This document shows, piece after piece, positions 1-14,400 of a stretch of DNA of 64,000 bases. Numbering within the stretch: the first letter of the stretch is position 1; every line of letters starts with the position of its first letter. The stretch is from Neoconidiobolus thromboides FSU 785 (lineage: Eukaryota; Fungi; Entomophthoromycota), in contig MU626353.1 of NCBI GenBank assembly GCA_025603075.1, positions 17,302 to 81,301 of the forward strand, in the 5' to 3' direction. The notes under the pieces are model-generated. The model saw only the letters and a list, made by a program, of their open reading frames with translations, was not told where the DNA came from and ran no database searches. Made by a program: the position numbers and the translations under genes.

Positions 1-50
1 AATAGCGCTTAAAAGATGGAAAAAGTAATGAAGTCAAAAAAATACCCTAT
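1..50 (+). mobile_element. 105-bp MITE, right half (cut by window edge). Strand convention: + = GGGGATGTATTTTTGTG end first
   Basis: AATAGCGCTTAAAAGATGGAAAAAGTAATGAAGTCAAAAAAATACCC matches the 3' half of the consensus. Confidence 0.8.
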
Positions 51-73
51 TTGTTTTCTAGTTTTTTTAAAGC

Positions 74-178
74 ATATGGGAGTGTTTTTTTTGGCTTCAT
101 TACTTTTTCCATTTTTAAACACTATTTGAGTGGAAAAATTGTTAGTAAATTCTTAAACATAAAAATACATCCCCATAT
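74..178 (-). mobile_element. 105-bp MITE, full length
   Basis: ATAT-GGGAGTG...CATCCCC-ATAT. Confidence 0.9.
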
Positions 179-821
179 AATCCTTAAGTTTTACCGAAAT
201 TTGATCTAAAATTTTATCCTTAAATGAACAGTTAATCATTATACAATTATACCCTGACAACTCTAAAAATAGCCTATATTATATATGGTACTTTCAGAGC
301 CAATATTCCTTTCTTTTGATAGTGATCGGTCTATTTTTTTGTTCAAAATGATCTCGTAGACACTTTTTGTAAAAATAGCTGCAAAAGTGATCCAAAAATA
401 TTTCAAGAAATTAACTTGTAGTGTATAAAAGGTATATCTTACATACGTTCTACATGTATTATGTAACTTAACACTACTTTCAGAAGATTTTGTTTAGCAT
501 TTTGCTCTTTTATTGAATACTAAAGAACTATACCTTTTTGAGCTATATTTATCTAGGGCTTAACTCAATGCTTTGTATTTTGAATTTTGTTTCTTGAGCT
601 TATAAAAGTTACAATTTGATTCAATAAAGTAGCCAAGAACTCATACATTCCTATTGACTAATACTTTCATACTATAAAGGCACTTTAAATAAAAACATCT
701 TGGTTTAAATTTTGTTCAAAGAATGAGGTTTATTAAAAACTACTTTGTATCGATTTTTATAATTTTATCAGCAATAAGGCTGCTTATCTAAAAATCGTTC
801 TATCACTTTTTTGTATTTCAA

Positions 822-926
822 GTGGGGATGTTTTTTTTGGTTTCATTATTTTTTTCATTTTTTGAGCACTACTTGAGTGGAAAGATTGTTAGTAAAATTC
901 TTATACAAAAAAATACATCTCCAAAT
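822..926 (-). mobile_element. 105-bp MITE
   Basis: AAGT-GGGGATG...CATCTCC-AAAT. Confidence 0.85.
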
Positions 927-1542
927 AGTATTTTGCAAAAATTGATTTTTTGCTTGTTTAAAAAACATACATCAACAGAAATAAAGATAATCAAGTGCTG
1001 AGAACAATATATCAGTAGTATATTAAACTTAGTTGTAACTCATTTGTAATTACATTTACTTTAAAAATGGCTTTCATTTATATTGAATTTTATGATTCAA
1101 ACAATCTATAAAAATTTTAGTATAGCTATTAACATAATGCTATCTGCATAAATACTTGTTAATAATTTAAATTTAAATGTTTCAGATTGATCATAGAAAA
1201 TAGCTTAAGGAGTTTCAATCATAAAGCAGCAAGTTTATTGCATTATAAGTCTATTTTATTAACCAAATGAAACACTCATTTTATCAATATATCATCATCT
1301 TAGTGATAATAAAACTAGCAACATATATTGCCTACACCTTTCAAACCAAATACGTTCTCCTTGAAATTAGAATATTAACTTCAATTTAGATTGCTGTTTT
1401 AATTTTTATTAACTTCAAATAATCTAGATTAAATAAGATAAAGTAGAAAAATAGGGTTAATTAAGGTGATGTGGTGTAGTAAAAAAAATGAAAATAAAAC
1501 TATAAATAAGGATAAAATGATTGTAGTTAAAATAAATTTCAA

Positions 1543-3513
1543 ATGTTAAATACATATACTATTGTGAGTTATTTAGCAACAGTTACTTTGTCTTTTTGGA
1601 TTTATAAGGTATATTAGTCAGTAAATAAATCTAAAAATTAAATAACATATAGGTTATCAATGCCATCTTTTTTCATCCATTGAAAAATGTTCCAGGACCT
1701 TTAATTTATCAGTTCTTTCCGCTTATTTTTATGGTAGATAGAATCACTGGAGGCTATCATATTACTTCCTTGAAACTACATAAAAAATATGGCAAGGCAG
1801 TAAGAACAGGTAATTTTTATACCGATTGAATAAAAAATAGCAACTAATAGCCGTATCCAACTTTTAGGCTGGAATTCAGTATCATTTTCGTCAAAAGAGG
1901 CAACTAAGATTATTTATTCTACTTATACCTTTAGAAAAAGTATAGTTTATGAAGGCTTTCACGTTTCTGGGGAAACCACTTTAGTAACTAGGTATTCTAT
2001 TATTGTCATTTACTCATAATTAGCTAAGTTATTCTATAGGGATCGTGACTTTCATAGAAAAAGAGTAAAAAAACAATTAACTATAGAATGAGTATTTATT
2101 TTATTATGTATTTATTAGAAAAGAATCGTTGGTCCAAGTTATTCCGAGAGTTCCATAGCTTCTTTAGAAGCTTTATTTAACGAAAAAGGGGTACAAAAAC
2201 TTATCGAAAAGATTAAAGGGTATAGTTCACCAAACCAGAGCATCGATTTGGAAGTTGTCTTTCATTGTCTAACTCTGGTATGATTTGATGTTATTTTTAA
2301 TGTCACGAAGCTAGTCAAAGCTAAAGTTCAATTCATAGGATATCATTGGTGAATTAGCTTTTGGTAGATCCTTTAATATGATTGATAATGGCTTTCATCC
2401 GGTTTTAGGTTGGATTAAAGATTACTTATTTTATTCAGCATTGGTAATTACACACTGTATAAATATAACAAGAATATACTTAAAATTTAGAGAGGCTCAT
2501 TGACGTTCTTGCGATCTTATGTTGATTCGGGCACCAAGCATCTATATGAAGTAAGTGTTAATATAAAAGTGGTTCTATATTGTAACTAAAATAAAAATAG
2601 TTTGCCTACGAATCAATTGATAGTGCCAAAACACATAAGAACCGTAATACTATTTTGGAGTCCTTTTTAAACGCTGTAGATCCAGAAACTGGAGTTAAGT
2701 TAACGAGCAAAGAAGTAGCCGAAGAAAGCATGCTACAAATGTAATTTCTATAAGTAATTTATTCGAATTTCATTAAATTTTAAAGATTCGCTGGTACCGA
2801 TACTACTGCAAACGCCTTAATATGGTAGGAAGACAATATCAATATGAACTATGATTAACCTCTTTTAGGACATTTTATTTGTTGTTAAAGAACCCTGATA
2901 AATACAACAAATTAAATGATGAGATTCTGAAAGTATTTCCAGATAAGAATAGTATCACCTATAAAGATTGTAAGAAAAAATGCCAATATTTGAATGCTGC
3001 AATCAATGAAAGTATGCGTATTTTTCCTTCAGTTGCAGGTACCTTAACAAGAGATACACCAAAAGGCGGAAAAATCATCGAAGGACACTTTATCCCAGAA
3101 GGAGTAAATAAATCATCAAAATTCAACTTTAAAATTTTAAAAATTATATAGACAATAGTAGGAACTAGCACATATGCAATGCATAATTTAGAAGAGCATT
3201 TTGAAAATCCAGATTTTTACTTACCTGAAAGGTGGTTAAATGCAAAAGATGATTTTAAAGAAAACTTTATCCCCTTTTCAATTGGTCCAAGAGCTTGCTT
3301 GGGCAGAACGTAATTTAATTTAGTATTTTCCATTTCATAACTTAAATGTTATTTAGTTTAGCTATGATGGTATTGACTTTGACTACTGCGTCATTGATAC
3401 GTAACTTTGAGTTCAGTTTAGTTGATGAAAAATTAGTTTTAAACTCAAGCTATCATATAGTATTAAAGCCTTATAATGGCAAATTATTGGTATGCTCTAA
3501 AATTAGAGAATAA
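1543..3513 (+). CDS. Cytochrome P450, about 12 exons
   Basis: Spliced by hand. N-terminal anchor MLNTYTIVSYLATVTLSFWIYK, FFHPLKNVPGP, I-helix AGTDTT, ExxR (ESMR), PERW and heme motif FSIGPRACLG are all present; introns are short GT-AG. Confidence 0.95.
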
Positions 3514-3875
3514 ATATCATTAAAGTATATAATATTTTATAGTGTTGTTTATCATTTTTTAAGAGATTTATTAGTTTGAAGTAGTTATCCTAGGACTTTA
3601 AAGTCCTTCATTTAACTAAATTAAGCTTTTTAGAAAACACAACACAAAAGCATTAAAATGTGAATAAATCCAAAAAGCATAGTTTTAGTTTGTTTTTGTG
3701 TTTTAAATCAATTTAGAACCTTAAAATGTCAAAAATGAAACTACGCTTACATTGAAAATAGTTACTTAGTTTGAAGTATAATTATGTAAATGCTTCACAA
3801 ATAAATATTTACTTTGAAATGAAAGATATACTAAAGAGATACATTCTTATAAGTTATTTATTCATAAATAAAAAG

Positions 3876-4118
3876 TTAACAGTTGTTTGGGTTATAGATA
3901 TCGATCCAACTACTAAAGGTACATTTACCGTTTGAGAGAATGTCATAGCAATCCCATTTTCCATTGTTCCAAGTCCAGCATCTTGGGCAACTATAGCCAT
4001 CGTAGCAAAAGTTCCCGCCATTTCCTCTATCACATCGCTCATTATTTGGATTTGGACAACGTGACACTACAAAGGGAAGGATAAAAGATAAAGCAAAGAT
4101 TGATTGAGTGAATTTCAT
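3876..4118 (-). CDS. Small secreted cysteine-rich protein (80 aa, 8 Cys)
   Basis: Signal-peptide-like MKFTQSIFALSFILPFVVS followed by a compact 8-Cys, Trp/Tyr/Asn-rich domain; no introns. Confidence 0.8.
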   Translation of the reverse strand: MKFTQSIFALSFILPFVVSRCPNPNNERCDRGNGGNFCYDGYSCPRCWTWNNGKWDCYDILSNGKCTFSSWIDIYNPNNC

Positions 4119-6197
4119 ATCTATTTAACTTGATTTTAATAAAATATAAATGATTATCTCTACAGTATTTATACTATTTTATTATCTTTTAAGTTATATA
4201 ACATTTTTAAGTGATGTTTATTGTATCATATTTATAAAAAGAATATATTTATTATTATTATTAAACAAAGTTATTTTTAACATGATATTCTAATAGTATT
4301 TCAGCTATTAGACTTACGTAGATGGAATATTATTAATTAATTTGTTTATTTTGTGCTAAATTTTACTAATTTTAATTTTAAATTTAAACAAGCATACTCT
4401 TTTGTTGTTATTTTTAAAATGCATAATTAATTTAGAATTTGTTTTAACTATAATTACTTTTTTCTTTATATTTGAAATCTTCAAGTAAACCGATCGTAGA
4501 AGATAGATTAGATCGGAGAGTTATGAAGATCTGCACATTCTCTCATGTATTGTAAGAAGAAACAAAAGTAATTTCGATTGTCCCTATTAGAAAACACATT
4601 GAATGGCTATTAACATAGCCATTAGTCTAATCTTATTGGTCAAAGCATATTTTATTAAAATAGAATAGGCTTTATTTAAAGCTGCTTTTTTTATTGTGGG
4701 TTTAATATCAACAAATCCTTTTGACATATTCTATTTTTATTCTATCTATCCATTTAATATGCACCTATTAGTAGGCCTTCAATAAGAAATTCAAAGGAAT
4801 TAGACAATTTTTTAAATCAATTTTCATGTGGATTAAGTTTTAAGTAATTTTACTTATTAGCTGACATTAAAGATATAAATAACTGTATTTCTAATTTTAA
4901 ATCAGTCAATTTATCATTTAGTTTTCTATCAATGCTGTACGAGATTTGTGCTATTTATAAAATTAACTTATAATTTTTTTATACATGGATACTTGGACTC
5001 AAATATTTATGTTGCTTCTTGCTATATTCAGCCTTTTTAAAATACTGCTTATCTTTCTGGTGAATTTATAACCAGTGCTGGATTATAAATAACTCATGCT
5101 AAGTATAATAAAATTACTGTTAATGAAACTATCAATTAAGGCATTGACAATTCCCTGTTATTTTACTACCTGGTTTCTTATTATAGCCCTTTCACAGTTT
5201 CACTGTTTTCTTTCTAACCTTAAGCTGGGAAGATAGAAACCAAAATCCTTTGCTTCTTTTCAGAATAAATCTTTAATTTTATCTATCACCATGTTTTTAT
5301 TAAAATAAAATCCTTAAGTTTTAAGACCTTTCAAGGTATTATACATATATATTACCTCCTTAATAGACTCTTTAATAATCATCTATTATGTTATACCATT
5401 CTTACTGGGGTGTTCATAGCTTTGGTTTTCAGGACAGAGTCGAAACTATAATATCAATCCATTACTTCATTTAAGTACCATTTCTAACTTAACATACAAA
5501 CTCTATACTAATAAGTACATATATTCATAAATTTCTTATAGATTAGTAGTAGCTGCGAACTAAAAAGACAAATATTACAAAATATGAAAGTAAACATTAT
5601 GATTTTTTGTTTTTAAAATATTTTTATTTAAAAATATCTTACACGTTTAATGACCATACCTTGTAAAAACCAAAGCATGGCCTCAGAGGTGTAACGTTTG
5701 CTCGAGGCGTTGTTTAAAAAGCCTACAATCATTATCTAATTGGTACTAGAGTACAACCCATGATGAATAGAGATAAGTTGGAAAAAATAGACTTAATCTA
5801 TTATGACCAACAAACTTCTAAAGTTCTATTATTGAGATTTCAGTCTATTTAATAAAACCCCGATTTTTTTTTGACATTTTAAGTTTATGGGATTGAAGTT
5901 CAAACTTTAATTAGTTACATAATAATAGAATTGTGTTAAAAATAATATAATCAAAGTTAATAATTTCTTAAAGGCTATTTATAGCCTTTGAAATAACATT
6001 TAACTGTATGTAATTTATTTAACAACATAAATATTAAACTATTAAATTATTTATCATAGACAGGCTAATTTACAAAAGTATACTAAGTTTGAAGACCTGT
6101 TTTTTCACATCACTTATTTTAATTGGACCAAATGTTTAGGATTTAGATAAAAGCTATAAAATGAAAACATCATTTTTTTAAAAAAAATTAATATAAA

Positions 6198-6573
6198 ATG
6201 TCAAAAGCAACAAACGCAGCTACCGTATTAGGAGGAGGATTTGTATTTTGGTTAGTGGTATTATTGAACTGGGTTCCATTGCCAATATCAGAAACTTTTT
6301 TAACCAAAGTATGGCCAACAGTAAGTGTTTTTATTTTTAGATGATTAAATTTATCAAAATTAGCTTCCATTTGTAGCATTAGTAGGATTCGCTTCTTATT
6401 CTTTAGTTAACATTGGCTATAGCTTAATCACATTCCGTGACTGCCCAGAAGCTCATGAAGAATTGATGAAGGTAAACAACTATATTTTTTATTTAATAAA
6501 TTAAATACGAATTGAATAGGAAATTGATGTTGCTATCACTGATCTTCGTTCTAAAAACGTTACTGTTGATTAA
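6198..6573 (+). CDS. DPM3: Dolichol-phosphate mannosyltransferase subunit 3
   Basis: Exons 6198-6320, 6364-6471, 6520-6573; two hydrophobic segments, then GYSLITFRDCPEAHEELMKEIDVAITDLRSK. Confidence 0.9.
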
Positions 6574-7436
6574 ATAAATTTTAAAAGTATAAAAAGAATG
6601 TAAATTTATACAAAGCTCAAGATGCAAATGTATTAAAACATAGTTTGGTAATTTTGTATAGGGATCAATCAGTATAAAGGCTTATTTTAAATTTAAGTTA
6701 TAATTACTGACAAATTTTTAGCTGATGCTCTAACCAGGATGGATAAGTTATCAAAGCCCATATTAGGAAAACTTTTATTTCAATTATAATAAATAGTCTT
6801 AATCAATTTATTACTATCAGTAACTATACATTTAATATTCAATTTTAACTTCGTCAAACGTTATAAATAACAATTAATTATCAACTTACATCTAAATTTG
6901 TATTTTGATTTAATATTGCAACAATAATGAGACAATTTATGTGCTGTATTTGGTGATATCAGTAAGTAGAGTAGTGAGTTTCCATTTATTTTTTACATGT
7001 GATATTATTCTGTCTTTAGATGCAATTAAATTTTGTGCATTTGTTTAGGAACTTTGTATATTTAAGTTAAAGAACCTCTATACTTATTTAATTCTTAAAT
7101 GAAACCGTTTGTTATAACCTTAATGTTTCTAAATAAAAACAATTTAAACATCTTATTTTTTATCATAATGAATTATTTGAATAACAAACAATCGATGTAT
7201 TAGGTTAATCCTTTAGAAAGTTGTCTTAGTTATATTTAGACAGAATTAAATCCAAACATAAAGAAGCTTATTAAGCTTTCAAGATACTAAAATTTTATTC
7301 ATTTTAGCTTTAATTATAATTATCAAGTAATGTTTAAATGAAACTTCAAATATAGTATGACCAAAATGACCAAGTATAGATATGGTGATATATTTTTTGT
7401 TTAACAATTTTGCTAACAATTTTCTTACTTAAATGA

Positions 7437-7480
7437 TACTTAAAAATGGAAAAAGCAATAAACTAAAAAAACACCCTTAC
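7437..7480 (+). mobile_element. MITE fragment (3' half)
   Basis: TACTTAAAAATGGAAAAAGCAATAAACTAAAAAAACACCC. Confidence 0.55.
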
Positions 7481-8291
7481 ACTGTTTTTATTTTGATATG
7501 AAAAATACAAAAACACATTAACATCAAAGTGTGACAATATAGTCCTTTAAATTTTAGTTTTAAATTAGCTTTTTATGCTATGAGATTATAATAAACAGTA
7601 TTATCTTTAGGAATTCCAATATAATTTTTAAATTAGTTAGATTATAGTATCACTACAAGTTTGTAAAGATTACTCACTAAAACAATGTATATTTGATAAG
7701 AAGTCTTTAAAGTACTTGTTAAAAGAATAGTGTTCAAGGTATCAATAAAAGTAAAACCAATCAGAAGAGTGACCTATATTCTAACTAAATTAAAAGTTTG
7801 ATAGTTGTATTATAGCCAAACTATAACAATTTTATCATCCGCTTTATTGCATAATTGTGATTTAAATTTATATATTTAAAATTTTATTTGAAAACTAAAA
7901 TGTATGAAAAGAGAAATAACTAAAAAGTATAATAGACTAAATTAAAAATTAAACTCCCTGAAAACATAATAGGATAGCTACATAGATAAAACCGAAATAA
8001 AATAACTGCATAATAAATAAAATAAAAGCAGTGTTTTGTACAAATAAACAAAATTGAATAGCTTTTATTAAAATTTAAACCAATATCAGTCAAGTCATAA
8101 GTATTGGAAAAAAGAATAAAATAAGTATAAAAGTATAAACCCGATATTATGAGTCAAAAATACACAGAGTTAATACAGATAATAAATTATAAAAATAATT
8201 GAAACTAACTTTAAAAAGTTATAGAATCTTCCAGAACTAAGTTAGAGTAGTATAAAATAACTATATACCAAAACACAAATTGAAAAATAAA

Positions 8292-9663
8292 ATGGTATTA
8301 AATAATGATAATTTAGTATCGGTTGAAGATAAAAAAGAAATGAATAACTCAAAATATAGCTTGGTAATTGTAGCTTGTAGTTTTTTAATGCAAGCGTGTA
8401 CCTTTGGTACTACCATAAGCTATGGTGTATTTATAGATTATTATTCCAAAGTAGTGTTTCCTGATAGTGAATATAGTATAATTTCGCTAATTGGAATTAT
8501 AGCGCCCGCCTTAATAGCCTTCACTTCACCATTGGCTGGTAAACTGGCTAATAAAATTGGTTTAAAAAAAGGGATTCTTATTGGTACTACTTTCATTACT
8601 TTAAGTTATCTTCTAGCTTCATTCTCGTTTAAGGTAGTTCATTACTATTGTTAGTGTTAAATAATATTTAATTTTATAAATAGGTTTGGCATTTGTTATT
8701 GACCCAAGGAATTATGTTTGGCATTGGCGGTGGATTAGTTTTTGTACCAGCTAATGTAATTGTTAGTCAATGGTTTACTAAAAACCGTGGATTAGCATTA
8801 GGGATAGGTACAGCTGGATCTGGTATTGGGGGTATGGCGTTTAGTGTTTTAAATGGGTATTTGTTACCCCAAGTAGGATTTGAATGGACTTTAAGATATA
8901 ATTGTATTATTTTATTTTCCTGTTTAATAGTTTCAATCCTTTTACTTAAAGAAAGGAAGCCTGACAGTGATAATACTGCAAACAATAATAAGATCAATAT
9001 TGTAGCTAAACCTGAGAGCAAAAGGAGAATGCTTTTATCAGGAAAGTTTTTATTATTTTCATTATCAAATTCACTTTTCGTTTCAGCCCATTTTATCTCA
9101 TTATATTATTTACCACCCTATGCGATATCAATCAATTTAACTAATGAGCAAGGGGCTGCATTAGTAGCTATATTAAGTGCATCGAATGCAGTAGGAAGGA
9201 TAATATTTGGTTTTATTGGTGATAAATTTGGTCATCTAAATATATATATCATATCTTTAGCATTAACTAGTATATTAATGATATTATGGCGGTTTTCATT
9301 TAATTATGTAGCTTTAATATTTTTTTCTATTTTATATGGACTTCCTTCTGGTGGATTAGCCACACTATTTCCTTCCTCTTGTGCTGAAGTATTTGGTATA
9401 TTTTAATATTACTTTAGTTTTTTAATCACTTATTATACTTATTAGGACTTGAAAATATGGCAGTAGTGATGGGATACGCTTATGCACCTGCCGGATTAGC
9501 TGAACTGGTGGGTCCACCAATAGCTGGATTAATATATGATTACACTTTGGATTATAGTAATCTTACCTATTATGCAATGGCAATATTCTTAGTGAGTACT
9601 TTTTCATCCTATGCCGTCAAAACGTTTTATTTAAAGAAAAGCACTATAGATAGCATTGCTTAA
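8292..9663 (+). CDS. MFS monocarboxylate-transporter-like protein (MCH/MCT family), 3 exons
   Basis: ORFs at 8280, 8693 and 9457 join through short introns; many TM helices; motifs QWFTKNRGLALGIGTAGSGIGG and GRIIFGFIGDKFG. Confidence 0.9.
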
Positions 9664-10430
9664 ATTAAACTTTATTTTAAAACAAATATTATGAGTTAAA
9701 TGTAATTATTTAATTTACGAAAAATTTATATTCTATTATTATTTTAATGAAATTCAAAGCTTTTTATCGTACTTTTTTGCTTCTAGAGTTATAAAACAAG
9801 TTTTTTAAATTTTATAGTTATTTTATACACCATTGTTATTATTATAAAAATATTTTAAAAATAAGAATTTATTAAACCTAGTTTAAATCTAAAACTCCAA
9901 TACATCTGAGTTTAAAAAACTCCTTTGCTTTAGACAACTAACTAATCCCATAAACATAAAAACTTTATCTCTTGACTAAGCAGAAATTACCAAAAATAGT
10001 AAACTTTTATCGTCCAACGTATTTTCTTTTGTCCTGATAATAGACTTATTATAATAATAAGTTTATTGCTGAAAGTACTAAGAAGGAGTGGAAACGAATG
10101 ACGGATAATGTTCTATATTTTCAATGGAATTAATTATTCTATATTACGGTTCACATTTTGAAAATTATAAATTTGAAACTCTTATAATATTTGAATTCAA
10201 AGATTTGAAGTTAAATATTGAACAATAAAATTTTAAGTTTTGCATGTGCGTACAAAGCAGTATATGCGTCTGTATTGTAAGTTCACTTAATAGTAGTACC
10301 CTTGCTAATAGAGACTAAAAATTCAGTATTAGCAATATTAAAATTCAAGTTCTAATACAAATGAATTCTATTAACTGTTTCAATTCCAATCGATATATGA
10401 AAATACAAGCCAAAAAAACTTTGGTACTAT

Positions 10431-10520
10431 ATAAGGATATATTTTCGAGTTTTACTAATAGCTTTTCCGTTCAAATAATGCTCAAAAAATAGAAAAAGTG
10501 ATGAAGCCAAAAAAAATATT
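10431..10520 (+). mobile_element. Degenerate MITE
   Basis: TTTTACTAATAGCTTTTCCGTTCAAATAATGCTCAAAAAATAGAAAAAGTGATGAAGCC. Confidence 0.7.
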
Positions 10521-10728
10521 GCTAATATAGAAGATTGATTGCTTAAATTTTTAAATTACATTTTTTCAATAAATCTAAACTATGAAAGTAAAAGGTTATA
10601 ACAGTATAGCTTTTACTTTAAGAGATACCCTGATATTTTATAAAAAATAGGATGTTGCAATTAAATAAATTGATAAAATATTTTATAGTTTAATTAATTT
10701 AATTGAATTTAATAAATTTTATTTTAAT

Positions 10729-10835
10729 ATATGAGAGTGTTTTTTCGGTTTCACTATTTTTTCTATCTTTTAAGCGCCATTTAAGCGGAAAATTTGTTAG
10801 TAAAATTCTCAAACACAAAAATATATTCCCAATAT
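10729..10835 (-). mobile_element. 105-bp MITE
   Basis: ATAT-GAGAGTG...TATTCCC-AATAT. Confidence 0.85.
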
Positions 10836-11041
10836 TAAATAAAAAATAATAACAATAAAAAACTTGTTTTTATAGAATTTTAAGCAGTTTTTAACATAAA
10901 ATATTTAAAGGTTGGATAAAAGAATGAAACAAAATTAGACATCTTTGATTAATATAAAATTGGTTAGTAAATGTACTAAATTTGAAATAGGCTTATATTT
11001 TTATAATAGATTGAAAATATTTTAATAATTTAAATAATTTT

Positions 11042-11145
11042 ATTTGAGGATGTATTTTTGTATTTGAATTTTACTAACAAGTTTTCCACTCAAATAGCGT
11101 TTAAAAGATCGAAAAAGTAATGAAGCCACAAAAACATCCTCATTT
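11042..11145 (+). mobile_element. 105-bp MITE with ATTT/ATTT flanks
   Basis: ATTT-GAGGATG...CATCCTC-ATTT. Confidence 0.9.
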
Positions 11146-11440
11146 TATTGCTTATATCAACTACAACCTTTATAATGATATTTATTATTGATTTTTAACA
11201 CTAATAAATAATAAAGTAGTTTTCAAATTAATTTTATAATTAATTTTATGCACTGCTGTTTGCCAAAATTATTAAAATATGAGAAACCAATTTAATATTA
11301 TTAACTAAATATCAAATGATAGAATATAAATAAAACAATATTAACATTGTAAATAAATAATAAATAATAAATAACAATAATATAAATTTATTGTAAAGAT
11401 AGGTGTATAATTTGAATATGACTCATAAAAATCTTTCAAC

Positions 11441-14400
11441 TTAAGCAAATCTTATTTTAAGTGTAATAATTTGAAACGGTTTAAACTTAAGTTGAATTCC
11501 TTTATCTTTTAAATGTTCGATAATATTTAAAGGCATCACATCATCTTCCAAAATATTAGAAAGTTGAACATCAATTACTGGAATATTAATAATAAGTAAA
11601 GGATTACTATGAGCCCCAGCTGATTCATAAAATCTCAAAATAACAGCATTATTATCATCTTCTGCAATTTTGACCGTTTCTAAAATAACACTATCCGTTG
11701 TATCAAATTTATTAGGTTTTAATTGAAATAAATGAATATTTTGATTGTTGCTAAATATTTCCATATTGGATTTACTTTTATGTGCTTTTAAAGGTGAGTT
11801 AAATGCATGTGCATATTTTGGTACATTAGCATCTGAGAAGGTACCGCCATGAGGATATAAAGTATACTTAAATTGATGGTTACCAATATCGCAATATTTA
11901 TCAGGTGACTTTGGACTACGAATTAAAGATAATCTCATTGTTGAACCGTGAGTTGCAAACCCATATTTACTATCATTAATAACTGATAATCCATAACCAG
12001 TTTCTTGTAATGTAGCGAATTTATGTGAACACACTTCAAATTTAGCTAAATCCCAACTAGTATTAAAATGAGTTGGTCTTCGTATAATCCCAAATTGAGT
12101 TTCATAGATAGCATGGTCCGATCTTAAATTGGTATTAAATTCTACTTTTAAAAATTTACGATTTTCATTCCAAAATACATTTGTATCAAATTCAATCATT
12201 TTAGATGTTGCTGTTAATTTGATAATTTGTTTCATAGAAGAATTGTTACTCAATTTATAATCTACTAATATAGAACTAACCAATGGTCCTTGGTCTTCAA
12301 TATTTATTAAATGTCCATGACATAAATCATATTTTTCTAAATGATATACTTCTGCGTCCCACGCATCCCAATATAATGGTACATCTTCATATATTTTAAA
12401 TAAATTAGCTAATTTACCTTCTTCAATAACTTCTCGATTATGCACAAGATCGAGTAAACTAATAATTTGTCCAGTAGAATTGATAACTACTTTGATATAT
12501 CGATTACGTAAGATATAAGTACCATTGGACGCAATGTATTCTAAACTAACTTTATCTTCTTCTTTAGTTGCTTCAATAGTAACAGAATCCGATAAAGTTA
12601 ATGGTGCAGCTTTGTCAACTTCAACATAACCAAATTGTTTATTTTTAGATATTTGCATGCCGGGTTTAATATCCTTTTCATTTTCTAATGGGATAGTAAC
12701 AATTTCAGAACGGTCCCAAGCGGATGGATTTAATATTTTATAATCAAAAGTATCAAATTCGTTGGAATCACCTAATATAACTTTAGCTGCTTTTTTAATC
12801 AATTCCTTTCCTTTTTTATCTACTTCTTCATAAAATTTAATAGCATCTTCATAAACTAATCCAATTGAGGAGCCTGGTAAAACATCATGAAATTGATTTA
12901 AACAAACTAACTTCCAAAGATGGGTTAATTCTTCGTGAGGATATTGAGCATTTGCTTTGACTCTAGCTAATGTCCAAAACAACTCTACTTCTCTTAATAA
13001 AAATTCACAATATCGATTATATTTTTTAATAATAGCATGGGAGGTATATGTACCACGATGCAATTCTAAATAGAGCTCACCATCCCATTCAGGTAGCTCG
13101 TTGACTTCATCTAAATTGGCAATTTCATCATAAAATTCTAAGGCATTTCCCATTTTTACTTTAGGTAATCCTTCTACATCTTTGAGTCGGTTCATTCTTT
13201 CGATCATTGATGGTAAAGGTCCACCTCCGCCATCTCCATTACCAAATAAATATAGACCTTGATTAGCAATGGCTTTATCTTTATTATTTGATACTGAATA
13301 TAAAATCTCTTCAATGTTTACTTGTGCATTGTAAGTATCACCTGGAGCCATATGAGCTAATACTCTAGTACCATCAATACCTTTCCAAAAGAAAGTAGTA
13401 TGTGGAAATTTATTGATATTATTCCACGATAATTTTTGAGTAAAAAAATAATCCATTTTAGCTTCTTTAATAATTTGAGGTAATTGAGCAGAATAACCAA
13501 AGGTATCAGGTAGCCAAAAAATTCGACATCTTTTACCAAATTCTTTTTCAAAATATCGTTGTCCTAATAAGAACTGTCGACAAAATCCTTCTCCAGAAGG
13601 TATATTACAATCCATTTCTACCCAAGTACCACCAATTGGTAAAAATTGTTTTTTTTCTACCTTTTCACAAACTCTTTTAAATAAAGTTGGATAAAGTTGT
13701 TGTAGCCATTCAAATTGTTGAGCTTGAGAACAGACAAAAGTAAATTCAGGATATTTTTCCATTAATTGAAGTTGAGTGGACCATGATCTAGCTACTTTAC
13801 GTTTAGTTTCATCATAAGGCCAAAGCCAAGCAGTATCAATATGACAATGACCAACTGCAACAAGAGTATGATTATTAATCGGACCAGTAGAGCTTAAAAA
13901 GGCAGAAGATAATTCAAAACATTCCTTCAAACTATCTTCATTTCTTTCTTCCCTTTGAAATGTATTCATAATTTTATTAGCTACAAATAAAGCTCTTTCC
14001 TGACGATATGATTTCTCTGGTAGTTTTTTTGCCATATCTCGAATCAATTGAAAATCATAAAAAACCTTAAAAGCCATTTTATTAGGTATAGCTAACTCGG
14101 CCATTCGAATTGGATATTCTCTTTCTTCTGGTGGGCCAATTAAATAAGGCCCAGTACCAAACAATCCATTACACGCCATTTCTAAATAAAATTCAAAGAC
14201 TTCTCCTCCTTTACAAGATTCAGTTAACACATATTCTAACCTCTGATTTCCTCCCCCTTCCCCTGTTAATGCTTGAATAGGATCTCCATCAGTAGAATAA
14301 ATTAATACTTCTGAATCCGAGTTCCAACGGAATTGCACTTCTTCTCCTTTCCAATCTTCAGGTACCCTAGCTGTAATATGAAACCAATGAGTTGCCTTTA

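Noticed and set aside
4602-4623. Perfect hairpin AATGGCTAT-TAAC-ATAGCCATT
   Set aside because: Isolated 9-bp stem with no context supporting a function
6661-6770. FLADALTR as a gypsy RNase H end
   Set aside because: Too short, and no flanking domain support
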